Below, piece after piece: positions 59,109 to 64,000 of a stretch of DNA of 64,000 nt. How positions within the stretch are numbered: the stretch's first letter is position 1; each line of letters begins with the position of its first letter. The stretch is taken from sequence record OR544954. The stretch is one strand, 5' to 3'. The stretch comes from Escherichia phage vB_EcoM_EP32a. The notes under the pieces are model-generated. The model ran no database searches, was not told where the DNA came from, and saw only the letters and a list, made by a program, of their open reading frames with translations. Position numbers and translations under genes: made by a program.

Positions 59109-60071
59109 TTATAGTCCTAAAACTCTTGACGCAGAATTCACAACACCTGTCAATGTGTTTATATTAGACACACCGCCAGCAGTCCCACCTAATCTAGAAA
59201 GTCTTGATACTGCACTTCCTAGTCCAGAATCATTCTGATTATTTCCAAACATTCCTGAAACACTACTAATAAGTCCTGATTCCAGCCATTCTAAAGCAGC
59301 CTGTCTATTTACAGCACCTGATTGCATAACGCGATAAGCAAATGTTACATCAAAAACTGTTATCTGATTATCACCATCATACGTTAACTCAGGAGAAGAG
59401 ACACTAACAGGAATACATCCGGTGAACATGACAGCGGTATGCGGTAAACCATTTCGTGCATGTAAATTAACCTGAATATCTGCTTCGACGTCTTGTGGTA
59501 AAGCACGAAGACCTGTTACAGGGTCTTGGACCGAGTTTACCCAGTCTTGCATTGCTCTAAAGTTAGATGCTTCGGAATCCATTCTAAAGCTTATTACTAA
59601 CGGGTCCATTTCACGACCGGTAATTCGGATGTTCGGGGAGTTATAGTTGAAATCCGTTTCATAAGATAATCGGTTCTCAGGCATTTTTACAGAATAAATC
59701 ATTAAACCTGTATTATTATATGCCATATTGAAGAAGTCTATCAGATAAGTTCCTACTGTGAACTCACCTAACAAGCTTTGTACCGTACGTTGACTCATTG
59801 CTCCAATCAGATATTTACTTGCACCCGATTTTCGAATTAATTTCTGTGTTCCTGCTGTAATCAGGGTTGTTACGCCCTGATTGATATCACCTTGAGACAA
59901 TCCTAGCCAATCTGAATCCAACCCTAAGTTATTATAAGCAAAACTACCAATTGACGAAATTAGTGAAGATGATTTAGTCGATGGGGTAGTAGCAAATACA
60001 CAACTAAACATATTGTTTCGTTGGAAATCCGCATTTATAGCTTGGTTATTAAATTCTTCTAAAGAGTACAT
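59109..60071 (-). CDS. 54: baseplate tail-tube initiator gp54
   Basis: 320 aa, same length as T4 gp54; synteny 54-48-29-28-27. Confidence 0.8.
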   Translation of the reverse strand: MYSLEEFNNQAINADFQRNNMFSCVFATTPSTKSSSLISSIGSFAYNNLGLDSDWLGLSQGDINQGVTTLITAGTQKLIRKSGASKYLIGAMSQRTVQSLLGEFTVGTYLIDFFNMAYNNTGLMIYSVKMPENRLSYETDFNYNSPNIRITGREMDPLVISFRMDSEASNFRAMQDWVNSVQDPVTGLRALPQDVEADIQVNLHARNGLPHTAVMFTGCIPVSVSSPELTYDGDNQITVFDVTFAYRVMQSGAVNRQAALEWLESGLISSVSGMFGNNQNDSGLGSAVSRLSRLGGTAGGVSNINTLTGVVNSASRVLGL

Positions 60072-61180
60072 TAGAAAGTCCCCGCATAAAGTGAAGAACG
60101 GTTTAATGTAATAATTTCTCGCATTGTTATCTCTAACGTAAATGTTGATGGTAAGTTAGGAGCAACAGCAAGACCATTAAATTGTCCATTTGGAGTTTTA
60201 TCAAAACGTACGCTTTGTATTTGGCATGGACCAAATACGTCAGTTAATCCATCAAATTTAGACGTATAACCAAAGTTTTTAACCATCCAAATTGTAGGGT
60301 TGCTTACAACTAATACATTTGTTAATGACGCAGTAATCTTTTCAAACAATGTCTTATTTTTTACTGCATCATCTGGCGTCATAGGCTCAATAAACGTTGA
60401 ACGGTACCATTCGTCTAAATAACTTTTAATCTCTTGGGCGTACTGTGATTTACCGGTCTCACCATATGAGAAATAGTTAAAATACTGGTAAATGTTTATA
60501 ATAGCCATAAGGTCTTCAGTTGAACGCGGAGTTAAATCCCATGTAAAGACTTTAGTACGGTTCTCGGCACCGCCATACATACTACGAGAAGTCGTATAAA
60601 TCTGCTCGTTATTATCAGCCATAAGCCCTTGAGTAATAGAATCTAATGCACCAAAAACTGCAGTAGAAGCAATGTTACTTAAAACACCCGTAGCAGTACC
60701 TCCACCTTTAGTAATAAGGCTATCACCGATATCATTAAAACGATGTGAAGTTGTATCAACGTCAGATTTGGAACGCGGCAAAAGTATATTAGCAACAGGA
60801 GTTTTATTTATAGTAGGTTTATTAGCTCCGGCAGGAAGCAACCCATTAGAGAATTTAGTCACTGCATCTTTCACATTATCAGTTAAATCTGATATGATAC
60901 CATTAGATGAAGTGCCGGCGTATGCCGGACGTAAATTCCTGAGGGATCCTGAATCGCGTGCAGACATATTGTACGCGGTAAATAATAATCCATTCTTATA
61001 AAGGTCTGTTACCTGGAAGTCTCCTGTGGAGTCATTTCCGGCTGCTCTTCCTGTCGGAAATTGAGCAACATAAGTTTTAGTAGTTGTTTCGGTTTTAGTG
61101 CTTTGCCCGGCACTTTCTGAGACTGGGATTGCTTTATTTAAATCCTTTGCATCTACTACTATTTCTTTTACACTAATCAT
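60071..61180 (-). CDS. 48: baseplate tail-tube junction protein gp48
   Basis: 369 aa; size and synteny. Confidence 0.8.
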   Translation of the reverse strand: MISVKEIVVDAKDLNKAIPVSESAGQSTKTETTTKTYVAQFPTGRAAGNDSTGDFQVTDLYKNGLLFTAYNMSARDSGSLRNLRPAYAGTSSNGIISDLTDNVKDAVTKFSNGLLPAGANKPTINKTPVANILLPRSKSDVDTTSHRFNDIGDSLITKGGGTATGVLSNIASTAVFGALDSITQGLMADNNEQIYTTSRSMYGGAENRTKVFTWDLTPRSTEDLMAIINIYQYFNYFSYGETGKSQYAQEIKSYLDEWYRSTFIEPMTPDDAVKNKTLFEKITASLTNVLVVSNPTIWMVKNFGYTSKFDGLTDVFGPCQIQSVRFDKTPNGQFNGLAVAPNLPSTFTLEITMREIITLNRSSLYAGTF

Positions 61181-61188
61181 AATAATCC

Positions 61189-62961
61189 TTAATTAACACC
61201 GGTGGCATGGAAAATTCCAGGAGCCGTTGTACTTGTTACAGGGGTCATATTCTGGACTACGGTATTCTTTTTGACGACATTATTTGTGTTACTAATCGCC
61301 GCTACCGGTTGCTGTTGTTTAGATTCAGAAGCACGTCCTTTCTCTATTGACTGAACTTGTTTTGCTTCCGGAGATTTAGACGAAGATTCAGGCTTAACTG
61401 TTGTCTGAGCCTTTTTGGCTTCAGCCATTTTATTATTTAGCTTTTCAAATCTAGCATCTAATTCCTTTTTAATAACAGGAGTTTTATTAAGTTCAGGGTC
61501 TTTAATAAGTTTACTTAAATCAGCATAAGACTTCTCGACGTTTTTAGCATTTTCCGGATTAGTCATATCGATTTTATCGATATAATCTTCAAATCTAACC
61601 AGTGCCGCACGAGTTTCATTCGCTTTTATGTATGCCTCTTTACGTTCCTCTTCAGGTAACTCTTTTAATTTTGCTGATTCCGCAGCACGCTCATCGCTTG
61701 TACTAAACTCTTCTTTATTGTCATTACCACGAACCCAGTTAGTAACGAATGTTTTGCCGCGTTGTAACATATCAAGACCTTTAGAAACGGTTCCTAATTC
61801 CCCATCGTCACGCTTCATTTGATATTTAGCGACTTTCTCTTGGTCTTCTTTCTTTAATTTGTTCCCAGTAGTTTCTTGGAATCCTTCTAAAGCACGTCCT
61901 TCTATTTCGTCCGCGGTATCGCCAAAACCTATAGCACGCAATATAGACGCGGAGAGTTTAGCCATTCCTAATTGAATTAGTTCACCTAAGTTCATTAATG
62001 CTGTTCCTACACCTTTGACAATAGCAACGGTTAAACCACCCCAGTCTCCAGCTTCCCACAATTGTTTTATCGAGTCAATAGAAGTGAATATATCGCTTAA
62101 GAATTTACCCCACTCTTTAGCTTCATCGGAGAATTTAGTAAAGTTTTCATCAAATAAATCCCAGGCAGAAGTGAACTTGTCTGTCCAATATTTGAAATGG
62201 ACTATCAATAAATCAATACCGATAACAATACCAAGAATAAGTGCGGCCATTTTTGCTGCTTCAATAGCAGCCGTTATAGTGTATTTGAAAAGCATTCCAG
62301 CAATTCTGTCTGAAATTGATATTGATTTATTAAACCCGGTTTGAACTGTTTTGGTGAGCATTGCAATTTTATCGCTCAATTTAAAGCTAATTCCACCTTT
62401 AGAATCGGAAGTAGAATTAGCACTTTCTTGAACCGGGGCTGGGAAGAAATCTTCGTCTGGCTTATTATCAATCTTTTCAGGTGTAGGTAATGCTTTAAAC
62501 AGCTCATCAGAAGTTTCATTCTCAACCACTTTAACAGGTATTGCGTTCTCAATTACTTCAAGAGAGGTGCCTCCTGTATTTTGAATAGCGGTAGATGTTT
62601 GTAATTTTTGCTCTAATAATGTAGCTAATCGGTCTAACTTAGAGCTTATTGCACTAGAAACTTCGTTTATACTTTTAGCGACTTCAGTTTGTTTTTCAAT
62701 AACTTCTGCGATAAGCTCTGTGCCTTCAGCAGTATTATCTGTCGAATTCTTTAAGTCTCCAATTGATTCAATAATTCCATTGCCTTTATCTTCTACACTT
62801 TGTGATGTGAGTTCAGACGCGGCTTGGACATCGTCTAGTTTTGATGAAATGTTATTCAATGCTTCTAATGAATCGGTAGCTGCTGTTGCAGCTACTTTTT
62901 GTGGTTTATTATCGGCAATGACCTTATTTCTACGCATGGATTTCATTTCTTCAGGTTTCAT
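61189..62961 (-). CDS. 29: baseplate hub / tail length determinator gp29
   Basis: 590 aa, same length as T4 gp29; synteny. Confidence 0.8.
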   Translation of the reverse strand: MKPEEMKSMRRNKVIADNKPQKVAATAATDSLEALNNISSKLDDVQAASELTSQSVEDKGNGIIESIGDLKNSTDNTAEGTELIAEVIEKQTEVAKSINEVSSAISSKLDRLATLLEQKLQTSTAIQNTGGTSLEVIENAIPVKVVENETSDELFKALPTPEKIDNKPDEDFFPAPVQESANSTSDSKGGISFKLSDKIAMLTKTVQTGFNKSISISDRIAGMLFKYTITAAIEAAKMAALILGIVIGIDLLIVHFKYWTDKFTSAWDLFDENFTKFSDEAKEWGKFLSDIFTSIDSIKQLWEAGDWGGLTVAIVKGVGTALMNLGELIQLGMAKLSASILRAIGFGDTADEIEGRALEGFQETTGNKLKKEDQEKVAKYQMKRDDGELGTVSKGLDMLQRGKTFVTNWVRGNDNKEEFSTSDERAAESAKLKELPEEERKEAYIKANETRAALVRFEDYIDKIDMTNPENAKNVEKSYADLSKLIKDPELNKTPVIKKELDARFEKLNNKMAEAKKAQTTVKPESSSKSPEAKQVQSIEKGRASESKQQQPVAAISNTNNVVKKNTVVQNMTPVTSTTAPGIFHATGVN

Positions 62962-63491
62962 TCAAGCAATCCAATAATTTCTGCTATACCCTTAATAGGG
63001 CCATTAGGGCCTGGAATAGCAATAGTTGTCGAAAGGTCTTCTGCCCATTTGATTACAAAAGCAGGCATCTCAAGGAAAGAAATTTCTTTCTCTTCGTCAT
63101 TAACTTTTATTAAGCAATTTGATAGCATTTCACTAATTGTAGCGAATTGTTCAAATTTGCCTGGTGGTCTAAAATAAAAAGTATTACCTTGGAATTGGAA
63201 TTCTGTTCGTTGGCATACATAGACATCATCCAGTTTATAAGTGAATCCATCTTTTTCAACTTCAGACTTAAGTTTGTTATTAAATTCCAATATGTGTAGA
63301 CATGCAAAATCAAAATCTGCGGGACTCATATTTTTACAAATAGAATCAGCTAAGATTTTCATGTTTTCGTCAGGACCTTTAACGTCCTTTAAAAGATTAT
63401 AATGTTTGAGCCCTAATTTAGGAATCATTACCTTTTTATTAGACTGTGGTAGAATTATTTTCTTTAGAGGTAGAATCAGATTTAAGTTCAT
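62958..63491 (-). CDS. 28: baseplate distal hub subunit gp28
   Basis: 177 aa, same length as T4 gp28; synteny. Confidence 0.75.
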   Translation of the reverse strand: MNLNLILPLKKIILPQSNKKVMIPKLGLKHYNLLKDVKGPDENMKILADSICKNMSPADFDFACLHILEFNNKLKSEVEKDGFTYKLDDVYVCQRTEFQFQGNTFYFRPPGKFEQFATISEMLSNCLIKVNDEEKEISFLEMPAFVIKWAEDLSTTIAIPGPNGPIKGIAEIIGLLE

Positions 63492-64000
63492 TTTTAACCT
63501 TAACCGGGTTAACAGGTTCTAACACCATTGAGTTGGTAAACATGTACAGATGAGTTTGTGAGTTGTTATTTGATAACTCATGAATAACTTCATCCACGTA
63601 AAATTCGGATTTGAATTGGTTCTTTTGGTCAACAAATATAATTTTAGTAGCAGGCGTTATGTTAAAATTACCTGTAGTAGTGCATTTAGCATATCCATCA
63701 TATTGAGCCATTGTCTGAAGACGACTTGCTTCTTCAAATCCATTACGATAGGTCATTTCGGAATATCCACCAGATCTTGACACAAGAATAGCATTATCAC
63801 CATCACCTGTAACAATAACCGGAATAGATGTATCTAAAAATGAATGAGCGAATATCGTGGCGTTTTTAATAGGGTCTCTTGTAAATTGGTTAGCTTTAGT
63901 CATCCAGGTGAAATCCCATACTAATGGATACTCAAGCTCTTGAATATACTGACCTACAGTATTTGGCTCACCTACAATCATCTTAATGCCTTCCTGACCA
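63439..64000 (-). CDS. 27: baseplate hub subunit gp27 (partial; 5' end beyond window)
   Basis: C-terminal region MIVGEP...[12 protein letters not shown]...[13 protein letters not shown] matches recalled T4 gp27; frame open to window edge. Confidence 0.8.
   Translation of the reverse strand, partial: GQEGIKMIVGEPNTVGQYIQELEYPLVWDFTWMTKANQFTRDPIKNATIFAHSFLDTSIPVIVTGDGDNAILVSRSGGYSEMTYRNGFEEASRLQTMAQYDGYAKCTTTGNFNITPATKIIFVDQKNQFKSEFYVDEVIHELSNNNSQTHLYMFTNSMVLEPVNPVKVKNELKSDSTSKENNSTTV

Overview
This window is a T4-like (Tevenvirinae) myovirus segment, called from motif reading, gene sizes and synteny with T4 as I recall it; no database search was run. The plus strand carries early/middle genes: primase 61, dCTPase 56, soc, a ModA/ModB ADP-ribosyltransferase pair, dda, dexA, an unsplit topoisomerase gp39, rIIA, rIIB, gp52, motA and asiA. 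A convergent late block on the minus strand holds holin t, gp38, a gp37 remnant, gp36, gp35 and gp34. The plus strand then continues with rnh, dsbA, 33, 59, 32, frd, td, nrdA, nrdB, denA, rnlA, a spanin pair, pseT, cd, 31, ligase 30 and alt, followed by minus-strand baseplate genes 54, 48, 29, 28 and partial 27. Most small genes sit behind T4-type early promoters (GTTTAC-N17/18-TAYNAT) with an inverted repeat over the -10, and many units end in GGGAGNC-TTCG-GNCTCCC hairpin terminators. The most notable observations are: a full-length class I DAHP synthase (AroG-like) between pseT and cd; a GT-B-like glycosyltransferase ORF where T4 has gene 60; a NADAR/YbiA-like ORF in the gene 31-30 cluster; a gp37 long-tail-fiber gene reduced to an out-of-frame remnant; and a frameshifted cd. 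No CRISPR array, tRNA or intron was detected.
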